The position numbers and the translations under genes were made by a program. 64,000 bases of DNA, taken from the NCBI GenBank assembly GCA_027493955.1, contig JAOSJT010000001.1:1349131-1413130 (forward strand). Direction: 5' to 3'. The notes under the pieces were generated by a model. The model was not told where the DNA came from, ran no database searches, and saw only the letters and a list, made by a program, of their open reading frames with translations. Of this stretch, positions 48,868 through 57,423 are shown piece by piece. The stretch is from Bacteroidia bacterium (GTDB lineage: Bacteria > Bacteroidota > Ignavibacteria > SZUA-365). Positions within the stretch are counted from its first letter, which is position 1. Every line of letters starts with the position of its first letter.

Positions 48868-48942
48868 GTGCCTTCTGTGGTACTGCCTTCTGTGGTACTG
48901 CCTTCTGTGGTACTGCCTTCTGTGGTACTGCCTTCTGTGGTC
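48868..48942 (+). repeat. 15-bp tandem repeat (ctgccttctgtggta) x5, followed by a T8 run
   Basis: Perfect head-to-tail copies at 48868, 48883, 48898, 48913 and 48928. Confidence 0.9.
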
Positions 48943-49090
48943 TGTGTTTTTTTTCACGATTATCCCCGCTGTATATTGCATCTGGTACTATGCTTCCTCC
49001 CCGAGGGTCTCACGCGGAATCCCGATTGAATCCAGTCAGCACCATACATCTACCAAACAGTTTTCTCAGCCGAGAAACAAGGAGCCATCA

Positions 49091-50413
49091 ATGAAACAGG
49101 TCCTCGTGCTGGGCGCCGGCCTCGTCGCGCGTCCGCTTGTACGTTACCTTCTCGAAGATCCCGATTTCCAGGTCACCGTCGCCACGCGTACCGTCAGTAA
49201 AGCCGACGAACTGATCGCCGGACATCCCCACGGCGTCAGTAAAAAAGTGGATGTGAGCGACGAAACCGCTCTCCGCGAGCTGATCGCGACGGCGGATATC
49301 GTTATCAGCCTTCTCCCGTGGATTCATCACCTCACTGTCGCGAACCTCTGTGTCGAATACGGGAAGAACATGGTCACCACCTCGTATGTCAAGCCCGAAA
49401 TGCAGGCGCTGGACGGGCAGGTGCGCGAGAAAGGATTGATTTTCCTCAATGAAATCGGCGTCGATCCGGGTATCGATCACATGGCGGCTATGCGCGTGAT
49501 CAACGGGGTCAAGAACGCGGGCGGAAAGATCACGAGTTTCTATTCGTACTGCGGTGGCCTTCCTGCCTTGCAGGACAACACGAATCCCTGGGGTTACAAG
49601 TTCTCGTGGAGTCCGGTAGGCGTGATGCTCGCAGCGAAAAACAGCGGCCGCTATCTGAAAAACGGCGCCGTCGTGGATGTGGCTCCCGAGCAGCTCTTCG
49701 AACACTACTGGCTGCTTGACGTACCGGGCAGCGGCACGTTCGAGGCGTATGTAAACCGCGACTCCCTCCCGTATGTCGATCTGTACGGCGTGCAGGGCAT
49801 CGAAAGCATGTACCGCGGAACGCTGCGCAACGTCAGTCACTGCGAGTCATGGAATTATTTCAAGAAGCTCGGGCTGTTCGATCAGGAGCGCACCTTCGAC
49901 TTTGGCACTACCGCGCCTCGCCAGGTGCTGGCGGCGCTGGTGGACAGCAACGGCGACGATCTCGTGGCGGACATGGCGCGCTTCCTCGGTATCGCACCGT
50001 ATGCGGTCGCCATAAAGAAGCTCCAATGGCTCGGTCTGTTCAGCGATGAATTGCTGCCGCTGGGCGTGGCGTCGGTGTTCGATATGTTCGCGCATGTCAT
50101 GGAGAAGCGCCTGGTCTACGCTCCGGGTGAGGTGGATCTGCTCGCGCAGCATCACGAATTCATCGCGGAATATCCGGACGGCCGCCGGGAATTCATCACA
50201 TCAACCATGGTGGATACCGGGATACCGCATGGCGACAGCTCCATGGCGCGCACAGTCAGCCTCCCGGCAGCCATCGCCACGAAAATGATTCTGAAGGGCA
50301 TCATCGACCTCAAGGGCGTGGTCATTCCCGTGCATCCGGAGATCTACAATCCGGTGCTGGACGAATTGGAAACCATGGACATCCGTCTCGTCGAGCGCAA
50401 GCGCGATCTCTGA
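49091..50413 (+). CDS. Saccharopine dehydrogenase family protein (NADP-binding Rossmann; LYS9-like)
   Basis: AAGGAG ribosome-binding site at 49076-49083. Starts MKQVLVLGAGLVARPLVRYLL, a GxGxxA-type Rossmann motif. The ORF-track N-terminal extension from 48689 is rejected. Confidence 0.85.
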   Translation: MKQVLVLGAGLVARPLVRYLLEDPDFQVTVATRTVSKADELIAGHPHGVSKKVDVSDETALRELIATADIVISLLPWIHHLTVANLCVEYGKNMVTTSYVKPEMQALDGQVREKGLIFLNEIGVDPGIDHMAAMRVINGVKNAGGKITSFYSYCGGLPALQDNTNPWGYKFSWSPVGVMLAAKNSGRYLKNGAVVDVAPEQLFEHYWLLDVPGSGTFEAYVNRDSLPYVDLYGVQGIESMYRGTLRNVSHCESWNYFKKLGLFDQERTFDFGTTAPRQVLAALVDSNGDDLVADMARFLGIAPYAVAIKKLQWLGLFSDELLPLGVASVFDMFAHVMEKRLVYAPGEVDLLAQHHEFIAEYPDGRREFITSTMVDTGIPHGDSSMARTVSLPAAIATKMILKGIIDLKGVVIPVHPEIYNPVLDELETMDIRLVERKRDL

Positions 50414-50432
50414 GTCGCAATTCTTCCGGAAC

Positions 50433-50469
50433 GAAACGAGGGACATCGCAGGATGTCCCTCGTTTTTTC
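50433..50469. terminator. Bidirectional rho-independent terminator between the convergent SDH and LKR genes
   Basis: AACGAGGGACATCgcagGATGTCCCTCGTT followed by TTTTTT; on the other strand the hairpin is followed by a U-rich run. Confidence 0.7.
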
Positions 50470-50482
50470 GTCTGTGCGACGT

Positions 50483-51805
50483 TCAGGCGTGTTGTACGAG
50501 CTGCTCCTCGAGATAGCGGAAGCGTTCAACGAGCGAACCTTGGTGTGCGATGATTGCGTTCTTGAGTTCCGGCGGGAGATCCAGCGTCTCGAACGGCTGT
50601 GTGAAATCCGCGGCGGCAAGTGCGGGCACCAGCGGTTCGAGCGAAGCACCGAAAGCCGCGGAGGCTTCGCGCGGCAGTTCGGTCGGGAGTTTATCCACCG
50701 CGAGAATGACGGGCCCGGCGCCTTCCCATCCGTCTATGACATTGCCGCTCAGCGGCTCGTACACGTAGACGGGATTGACGGAGCTTGTTTCCTTGACGTT
50801 GAGCTGCACCGAGCCGTCTATGTCGCAGGTGATGTCGCCGACGACACGGAGTCGCGGAGGCGCGGCGCCGCTCCAGAGAGCGCGTGCACCCTCGATGCTG
50901 AGCAGGCGGGGGTAACGGGCCTCCCAGTAAATGCCATTCACCATCAGTGTCAGGTGCGGAAGATAGCGATCGAATTTCGATTGGTAAAATTCCGGATGCT
51001 CGTAGAAATGCTGAAGCACAAACGGCGCGTTCGGATCTTTCGCTTCGAACATATCCTCTTCGCGGAATTCCACCTTGTAGCAGACGCGGTTCGAGAATTC
51101 CCCCTTCGCCATGAATGCCGCGAGCTCCGAGGCCTCGATGCGCTGTGTAGGGAGCAGATCGTACAGATGCTGCGCGCCCCGTGAAACATTGCCGTAGCCG
51201 GTGAAGCCGGTAATGAAGGGCACGATGGCATCCGGAAGTCCGTTGGCGGCGATGTCCTCCCCTACTGCTTTCAATGCCTCCTCGGCGCGATGCAGAAGCT
51301 CATACTCCGTGGCATATTTCACCTGCGCAAAGGGCGAGGCAATACCCTCGGAGAGCAGACGTCGCCCGAGCGCCCAGAGTGAGTCTATCATCCCCGCGAG
51401 GCCCGCGAAATTCCCGAAGAACACCAGGCGGCGGCCCTGCGCATCCTTGACGAGCTCATAGTCAATCAGCGTGATGCGATGGTCGAGGATATAACGCAGC
51501 ATGGGCATGTTGTACGGCTGCCCCTTCACCGTATGGGAGAAGAACATATACGCTTTGTCGTCCAGCATGAACTGCGGCTGAATCTCCTTTACGCCGAAGA
51601 CGACATTCGCATCGCGAAAATCGTCCGTGAGCTCGGCACCGGCGGAAATGTACTCCTGATCGGCAAAGACGCGGCGCTCCATGGGTTCGACGAGCACCCG
51701 CAACCCCCGCCCGGCGATGAGTCGGCCGAGTTGTTCCGGCGACAAGGGCACGCGCCGCTGCGTGATGTCTTTTGTTTCCTTCCGTACGCCGATGCAATTG
51801 ATCAT
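50483..51805 (-). CDS. Lysine-ketoglutarate reductase / saccharopine dehydrogenase (L-lysine-forming; AlaDH/PNT N-terminal domain type)
   Basis: Start MINCIGVRKETKD at 51805 verified. The domain pattern resembles LKR (LYS1-like), with the segments VFFGNFAGLAGMID and VGDITCDIDGS. Confidence 0.8.
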   Translation of the reverse strand: MINCIGVRKETKDITQRRVPLSPEQLGRLIAGRGLRVLVEPMERRVFADQEYISAGAELTDDFRDANVVFGVKEIQPQFMLDDKAYMFFSHTVKGQPYNMPMLRYILDHRITLIDYELVKDAQGRRLVFFGNFAGLAGMIDSLWALGRRLLSEGIASPFAQVKYATEYELLHRAEEALKAVGEDIAANGLPDAIVPFITGFTGYGNVSRGAQHLYDLLPTQRIEASELAAFMAKGEFSNRVCYKVEFREEDMFEAKDPNAPFVLQHFYEHPEFYQSKFDRYLPHLTLMVNGIYWEARYPRLLSIEGARALWSGAAPPRLRVVGDITCDIDGSVQLNVKETSSVNPVYVYEPLSGNVIDGWEGAGPVILAVDKLPTELPREASAAFGASLEPLVPALAAADFTQPFETLDLPPELKNAIIAHQGSLVERFRYLEEQLVQHA

Positions 51806-51929
51806 GGTGAGGGTGCTCCTTCTGTGTTCCCGATGTGCCGCCTCCGTCGCGGAGGCATCCATGAAATGTAGCACCGGACGAACACATCTCCAACCCGTAC
51901 GCCGGAGCAGGTACGGAGCGCTCTCTCCT

Positions 51930-52925
51930 TTATTCCTGACGCTTTCTCGCGTGCAATTGCGCGGCCCCGAAAAGCGTGTCGTGCCGCTCGATATCCGTAA
52001 GCCCTGCGGAGCGCATCCAGGCCGCGACTTCCTGCTCCGTGTACGTGTCCCCGGCCTCGGTGGCCACGAGCATGTTGATCGCGAACAGCGCGGCCGACGG
52101 CGGGTGTACCCGGTCTTCGTCGATAATAAAATCCTGTACGATCAGCCGGCCTCCGTCGTTCAGCGCGTCCGCGCACTTGCGGATAAGCATGGTGTTCTGC
52201 TCAGGACTGTTGCTGTGCACAATAGCGGAGAGGAAGATCACGTCATAGCCGCTCCCGATGCCGTCCGTCAGGTAATCCCCCGCCAGTGTTTCTATCCTGT
52301 GCTCGAGTCCCGCGTCACGTATGTAGCGGCGCGTTATCGGTATGACGGCCGGGAGATCGAAGACTGTGGCCTTGAGATCCTGTTTGACGCGCACCATGGC
52401 CATGGCGTAGGCGCCGGAGCCGCCGCCAAGATCGAGCGCGGACGCGGCGTCGTGGAAATCAATCAGGTTCACATCGGCCGGGGCCTGCACTTTCGCGCGA
52501 TGATGCATGGCGGCGATAAAGTTTTCAAGCCAATCCGGGGTACGATCCTCCACAGGCGTATGCTCAGGCGCTGTACCTGTGCGGACGGCCTCGGTGAGCC
52601 GACTCCAGCGCTCCCACAAATTGGAATAGTGCCCGAGATTCGTGAAGCACTCGTCGGAAGCGGGTGACAGGAATCTGCGGGAAGCGTCCGAATGCCTGTA
52701 GCGCTCTCCGTCCGTATACACCAATCCCAGTGCGCACAGTGCGCTCAACAAGCGATCGGTGGCTCGCGGATCGCTCCCGCAGGCGTTGGCGATTTCCGCG
52801 GCGGTGCGGTTTCCCGCATCGAGGAGCTTCCACAGGCCCAATTCCTCAGCGGTCAGAATGATGCGGCTCTGGCGATACCCGTTGATGGCGGCCAGAAGAG
52901 ATTCCGAAGTCCAGGCTGTACTCAT
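51930..52925 (-). CDS. Class I SAM-dependent O-methyltransferase with N-terminal winged-helix dimerisation domain
   Basis: Trimmed to MSTAWTSESLLAAING. SAM motif I reads LDLGGGSGAYAMAM, and the rest follows a COMT-like pattern. The upstream 185 codons of the ORF-track entry lie antisense to the nucleotidase promoter and start. Confidence 0.8.
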   Translation of the reverse strand: MSTAWTSESLLAAINGYRQSRIILTAEELGLWKLLDAGNRTAAEIANACGSDPRATDRLLSALCALGLVYTDGERYRHSDASRRFLSPASDECFTNLGHYSNLWERWSRLTEAVRTGTAPEHTPVEDRTPDWLENFIAAMHHRAKVQAPADVNLIDFHDAASALDLGGGSGAYAMAMVRVKQDLKATVFDLPAVIPITRRYIRDAGLEHRIETLAGDYLTDGIGSGYDVIFLSAIVHSNSPEQNTMLIRKCADALNDGGRLIVQDFIIDEDRVHPPSAALFAINMLVATEAGDTYTEQEVAAWMRSAGLTDIERHDTLFGAAQLHARKRQE

Positions 52926-53102
52926 GGTGTCGTCCGTTCCTGTCGCGTGTATGAATGACGGATACCCGTTCGACTGCAAGTTAGCACCCTGTGGCGGATC
53001 GCGGTAGTCGTACGACAAGGATTTGACATTTTCATGACAAACAGCACAGCCGCAAATCCGATTTTCGTAACAGTCACCCATCACACTACACAGGAGGTTA
53101 TC

Positions 53103-54998
53103 ATGATCCGTTCTCTGTTCGTCTCGATTGTCGCTCTGCTGCTTTCCGTGAATGTGCAGATGTTCGCGCAGCAGGCCAAACATCTGACAGTATTGCATCT
53201 CAATGATTCTCACAGCAATCTCCTTCCCGGCGCGCCACGGGACATGCTCGGCCAGGGCACAATGGGAGGTATTGCGCGCGTTGCCACCGTCATCAATCGT
53301 GAGCGCCTGGGTGATCAACCCGTCCTGACGCTGCACGCCGGCGACGTATTTATTGGTGATCCCATGTACAATCTGTTCTACGATCAGCCGCTGGAGCTGT
53401 CCCTGCTCGCGGCACTCGGGATCGACGCCATGGCCGTCGGGAATCATGAATTCGATCTGACGCCATACTACCTGGAGCAAGCGCTGAACAATACGCTGGG
53501 TGCGCCTCCCGCCTTTCCGTTGCTTTCCGCAAATCTCGATCTCACCAACTGGTCTTCACTCTCACAGTACATTCAACCTGCCGTGATCAAGCAGTATCCG
53601 GGCATGAAAGTCGGTATTTTCGGATTGACGACACCAGCGGCGAATTACCTTTCACAGCCTTATCCTGTGGTGGTCATCGGCGATCCCGCGAATCCGACAC
53701 CTCTGATGCAGCTGATCGCCGCACAGGTTACGGATCTCCGCGATTCCGGCTGCGATATCGTCATCTGCCTGTCGCACATGGGTGTGGCGCTGGACCAGGC
53801 CATTGCGGCGAATATTCCCGGCATCGATGTCATTGTCGGCGGACACGACCATTGGCCGCTCGCTCAACCCCTCGTTGTCCAGAATCCTTCCGGAAAGCCG
53901 GTCAGTATCGTTCAAACCGTCGGTCATAACCGCCAGATAGGCAAACTGCACCTGAAACTCCATAAGGGCGTGGTCACTGTATTGAATTATCATCTCATCA
54001 ATCTTGACAGCACCGTCCCCGAAGATGCCACCATCAAGGGGATGGTTGACGGCGCGGCATCTTTGCTCGAGGGATATCTTCCCGGACTGTTCAGCCAGCC
54101 GGTAGCGTTGTGTACAGGTACACTCACACAAGAAGCCGTCGGTGTGGATCAGCCGGGTTATCACGACACTCATGCCGGTAACCTCATTACGGATGCGTAC
54201 ATGGCGGCCACCGGCGCGGATATAGCCGTGCAAGCGGGAGGCTCGATCGCACAGCCGCTGTATGCCGGTCCCGTGCTTCCGGTGGACATCTTCCGTATGA
54301 TCGGTTACGGCTTCAACACGACCAACGGCCTTGGATATTTCGTCACCACAATCGACGTCAAGGGGAGTGATCTTTGGATGGCGCTGGAATCCGTGCTTGC
54401 AGATCTCAGCAGCGACGAAATGCTGATGCAGGTGTCCTCATCCATGTCCTATGCGTATGACCCGACAAAAGCGGTTGGCAGCCGGTTACAGTATGTATTG
54501 ATCAATGGGAGCATGATCGATCCCAACACAACCTACACGGTTGCCTGCAACGAGGCCGTCCCGATGTTCCTGACGCTGATGGGTGTTCCGTTCAGCAATC
54601 CGCAGCCCACCATGTACACGGAGTTCGAGGTGATGCTCGATTACATTATGACCCTGGGTACTGTCAGTCCCGGAACACTGCCCGGCCGCGTGCGCGCCAT
54701 CGTGGTACCGAAGCGCGCGGAGGATATCCAGCCGGTGGCATTGTCGGTTACGACATCGCCGAATCCGTTTACCGACAACGCCGTGATCAACGTTACCCTG
54801 TCGGATGCAAGCGAGTTGACGCTGCTGGTGGTGGACGTGCTCGGCAGAACGGTTGCCCGCCTTGCCGAAGGGCGGTATGATGCGGGCATGGTCTCGAAAC
54901 AATTGCACGCTGGAGCACTGCAGGCGGGCGTGTATTTCGTTGTCGCGCAAACGGGTGACGGACATGTGCTGACCTCGCGCATACTCAAGATGCGGTAA
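53103..54998 (+). CDS. Bifunctional metallophosphatase/5'-nucleotidase with T9SS C-terminal sorting domain, paralog 1
   Basis: AGGAGG ribosome-binding site. Signal peptide MIRSLFVSIVALLLSVNVQMFAQ. Metallophosphoesterase motifs LHLNDSHS, GDVF and GNHEFD. C-terminal tail reads SPNPFTDNAVINVTLSDASELTLLVVDVLGRTVARL. Confidence 0.85.
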   Translation: MIRSLFVSIVALLLSVNVQMFAQQAKHLTVLHLNDSHSNLLPGAPRDMLGQGTMGGIARVATVINRERLGDQPVLTLHAGDVFIGDPMYNLFYDQPLELSLLAALGIDAMAVGNHEFDLTPYYLEQALNNTLGAPPAFPLLSANLDLTNWSSLSQYIQPAVIKQYPGMKVGIFGLTTPAANYLSQPYPVVVIGDPANPTPLMQLIAAQVTDLRDSGCDIVICLSHMGVALDQAIAANIPGIDVIVGGHDHWPLAQPLVVQNPSGKPVSIVQTVGHNRQIGKLHLKLHKGVVTVLNYHLINLDSTVPEDATIKGMVDGAASLLEGYLPGLFSQPVALCTGTLTQEAVGVDQPGYHDTHAGNLITDAYMAATGADIAVQAGGSIAQPLYAGPVLPVDIFRMIGYGFNTTNGLGYFVTTIDVKGSDLWMALESVLADLSSDEMLMQVSSSMSYAYDPTKAVGSRLQYVLINGSMIDPNTTYTVACNEAVPMFLTLMGVPFSNPQPTMYTEFEVMLDYIMTLGTVSPGTLPGRVRAIVVPKRAEDIQPVALSVTTSPNPFTDNAVINVTLSDASELTLLVVDVLGRTVARLAEGRYDAGMVSKQLHAGALQAGVYFVVAQTGDGHVLTSRILKMR

Positions 54999-55033
54999 TT
55001 CCGTCGAAGACGCCCACTTTCCCGTACTTGCGA

Positions 55034-55069
55034 CCAGCGGCTGCGCGAACAGCCGCTGGTTGCTTTTTT
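55034..55069 (+). terminator. Rho-independent terminator after 5'-nucleotidase paralog 1
   Basis: ACCAGCGGCTGcgcgaaCAGCCGCTGGT followed by TGCTTTTTTG. Confidence 0.7.
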
Positions 55070-55337
55070 GTGGCCGGGATTGCATATTGCCTGTGTCAGT
55101 ATTTACGAGCTTATACTCATATTTTACAGCTCACATCCGCAACGCCGGAGTATGAAGCGCAATTCTCCCTGCCCGCTCAGCGTGTGGAGCCATCCCCTGC
55201 CGCTGCAGGCCCTGCAGGAGGCTGAATCGTGGATGTACGACAACACATAACGGATTGATGACATTTTTCTGACAATTCGGAGGCGTGCTTTACCGAATTT
55301 CATAGTGGTTTTGAAACCTCACAGCAAGGAGAATCAC

Positions 55338-57236
55338 ATGACACGCTTCACGACTCTCATTCTTCTCGGCCTGCTTGCCGCCATTCCGCTGCAAGGCCAG
55401 CAGGTGCACAATCTGACCATCCTTCACGTCAACGACTCGCACAGCAACTTGCTGCCCATGGCTCCGCGCAACACTTCCGGCGAAGGGTCGGTAGGCGGTA
55501 TCGCGCGAGCCGCGACGATCATTCACAATGAACGCCTGGGGAGCGACCCCGTCCTCACACTTCATGCCGGCGACGTTTTCATCGGCGATCCGATGTACAA
55601 TCTGCTTTACGATCAGCCAGCCGAGCTTTCCCTTTTGGCATTGCTCGGTTTCGACGCAATGGCGGTGGGCAATCACGAGTTTGATCTCACCCCTATGGCG
55701 CTGTTGCTGGGGCTCTCGAACACACTGGGTGATACCCCGCCCTTCCCGCTTCTGTCGGCGAATCTGGACCTGTCGCATGAGCAGGTGCAGCCCTTGCAAC
55801 ATTACATAAAAAATGCCGTGATCAAGGAATACGCGGGGCTCAAGGTGGGTATTTTCGGCCTCACCACTCCGTGGACGAATCACTTCTCCCAACCGTCTCC
55901 GGCCAGCGTGATCGAAGACCCTGAACAACTCATGACGCTGATCGGCACCGAGGTCGCCACACTGCGCGGCCAGGGATGCGATGTGGTGATCTGCCTGTCG
56001 CACATGGGCTTCGATCTTGACGTCCTGATTGCTTCGACGATTCCGGGAATAGACGTCATTGTGGGAGGTCACGACCACAAGGCTCTCGCAACGCCCGTTG
56101 TGGTAAGCGATCCGATGGGTGGGAGTACATCCATCGTCCAAACCGCGGGATTCTACCGTCAGATGGGCCGCATGAAACTTACTGTTCAGGACGGGGTGGT
56201 TTCCGTTGCCGACTATGAGCTGCTTGCTCTCGACCAGAGCGTGGAAGAAGACGCTACGGTGAAAGCGATGATAGACGGTATTGCCGCAGAGATCGAACAG
56301 GTGGTGCCAGGGTTGTTTTCGACACCCATCGCGCAATGCACCGCCGATCTGAGTGAGGAAGCGCGGGATCTGATGCATGCGGGTGCGCATGATACGCATG
56401 TCGGGAATCTGGTTGCCGATGCCTTCGCCGCTGTGACCGGAGCAGATATCGGCATACAGCCGGGCGGTTCGACGGCGCAGCCGCTGTACGCTGGGCCAAT
56501 TCTCCCCGTGGATGTGTTCCGGATGATCGGATACGGTTTCAATGAAACGAACGGACTCGGTTTTCGCGTCGTCACGCTGTCTCTCAGTGGCGCAGCGCTC
56601 ATGATGACGCTGGAAGCGACGCTTGCCGATATTGAGAGCAATGACGAGATGCTCATGCAGGTGTCGTCGTCGCTTGCGTACACATACGATCCGAGGGAAG
56701 CTGTCGGAGCGCGTCTGAAAACCGTACTCTACAATGGCGCCCCTCTGGACCCCGGAGCGACGTACACAGTGGCCAGCAATGAACTGGCCGCCACGTTCCT
56801 GGACATTTTACAAATTCCGTACGACAATCTCGCGATTTTCAATGATATGACGGAGTTCGAAGTTCTCCTCGGCTACCTGATGGACCTGGAAACGGTCAAT
56901 GCAAATCCTCTCCCCGGGCGCGTCGCATCTCTTGCTACCGTCGGTCTGGGTGAGGTGCTCCCGCCCTCGCCGTCGAATATCGCCCTTGATGCGGCCCCAC
57001 ATCCCTTCACCACACAGACGGCGATCACCGTGTCGCTCGAACAGGCGGCAACACTCGACGTCATCGTGCATGATATGCTGGGCCGCGCCGTGTCGCATAT
57101 CGCTTCCGGCAGATATGGTCAAGGAAGACACACCATGCTGTGGAACGCACCCGAGGCGGCTCCCGGCCTGTACTTTTGCATCGCGCGCGATTCCGATGGC
57201 GGGGCCGTGTGCATGCCTCTGCTGAAAGTGCGCTGA
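55338..57236 (+). CDS. Bifunctional metallophosphatase/5'-nucleotidase with T9SS C-terminal sorting domain, paralog 2
   Basis: AAGGAG ribosome-binding site. Signal peptide MTRFTTLILLGLLAAIPLQGQ. Same motifs and same length as paralog 1, and co-linear with it. Confidence 0.85.
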   Translation: MTRFTTLILLGLLAAIPLQGQQVHNLTILHVNDSHSNLLPMAPRNTSGEGSVGGIARAATIIHNERLGSDPVLTLHAGDVFIGDPMYNLLYDQPAELSLLALLGFDAMAVGNHEFDLTPMALLLGLSNTLGDTPPFPLLSANLDLSHEQVQPLQHYIKNAVIKEYAGLKVGIFGLTTPWTNHFSQPSPASVIEDPEQLMTLIGTEVATLRGQGCDVVICLSHMGFDLDVLIASTIPGIDVIVGGHDHKALATPVVVSDPMGGSTSIVQTAGFYRQMGRMKLTVQDGVVSVADYELLALDQSVEEDATVKAMIDGIAAEIEQVVPGLFSTPIAQCTADLSEEARDLMHAGAHDTHVGNLVADAFAAVTGADIGIQPGGSTAQPLYAGPILPVDVFRMIGYGFNETNGLGFRVVTLSLSGAALMMTLEATLADIESNDEMLMQVSSSLAYTYDPREAVGARLKTVLYNGAPLDPGATYTVASNELAATFLDILQIPYDNLAIFNDMTEFEVLLGYLMDLETVNANPLPGRVASLATVGLGEVLPPSPSNIALDAAPHPFTTQTAITVSLEQAATLDVIVHDMLGRAVSHIASGRYGQGRHTMLWNAPEAAPGLYFCIARDSDGGAVCMPLLKVR

Positions 57237-57423
57237 AGCATCCGGTGACGACAGGCCGGTCCTGCGCGTCCTCCGCCGCCCCCGTACGAGGGATATGCGG
57301 AACTCGCAGGACCGGCCTGATGGCCGGCAGTTCCTACCCACCCTGTGACTCCGGTAATTGCATTTGATGCTCCGATGCTGTACCATTGTATTTAAGCTAC
57401 CGACGTCCTCATTTCCCACCAGC

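Noticed and set aside
48689-49090. N-terminal 134 codons of the 574-aa ORF (includes LLWYCLLWYCLLWY)
   Set aside because: It is translated from the 15-bp tandem repeat and the 56-bp hairpin repeat. The true SDH start with a ribosome-binding site is at 49091.
52926-53480. N-terminal 185 codons of the 516-aa minus-strand ORF
   Set aside because: Antisense to the start and promoter of the 5'-nucleotidase gene. The methyltransferase domain begins at MSTAW (52925).
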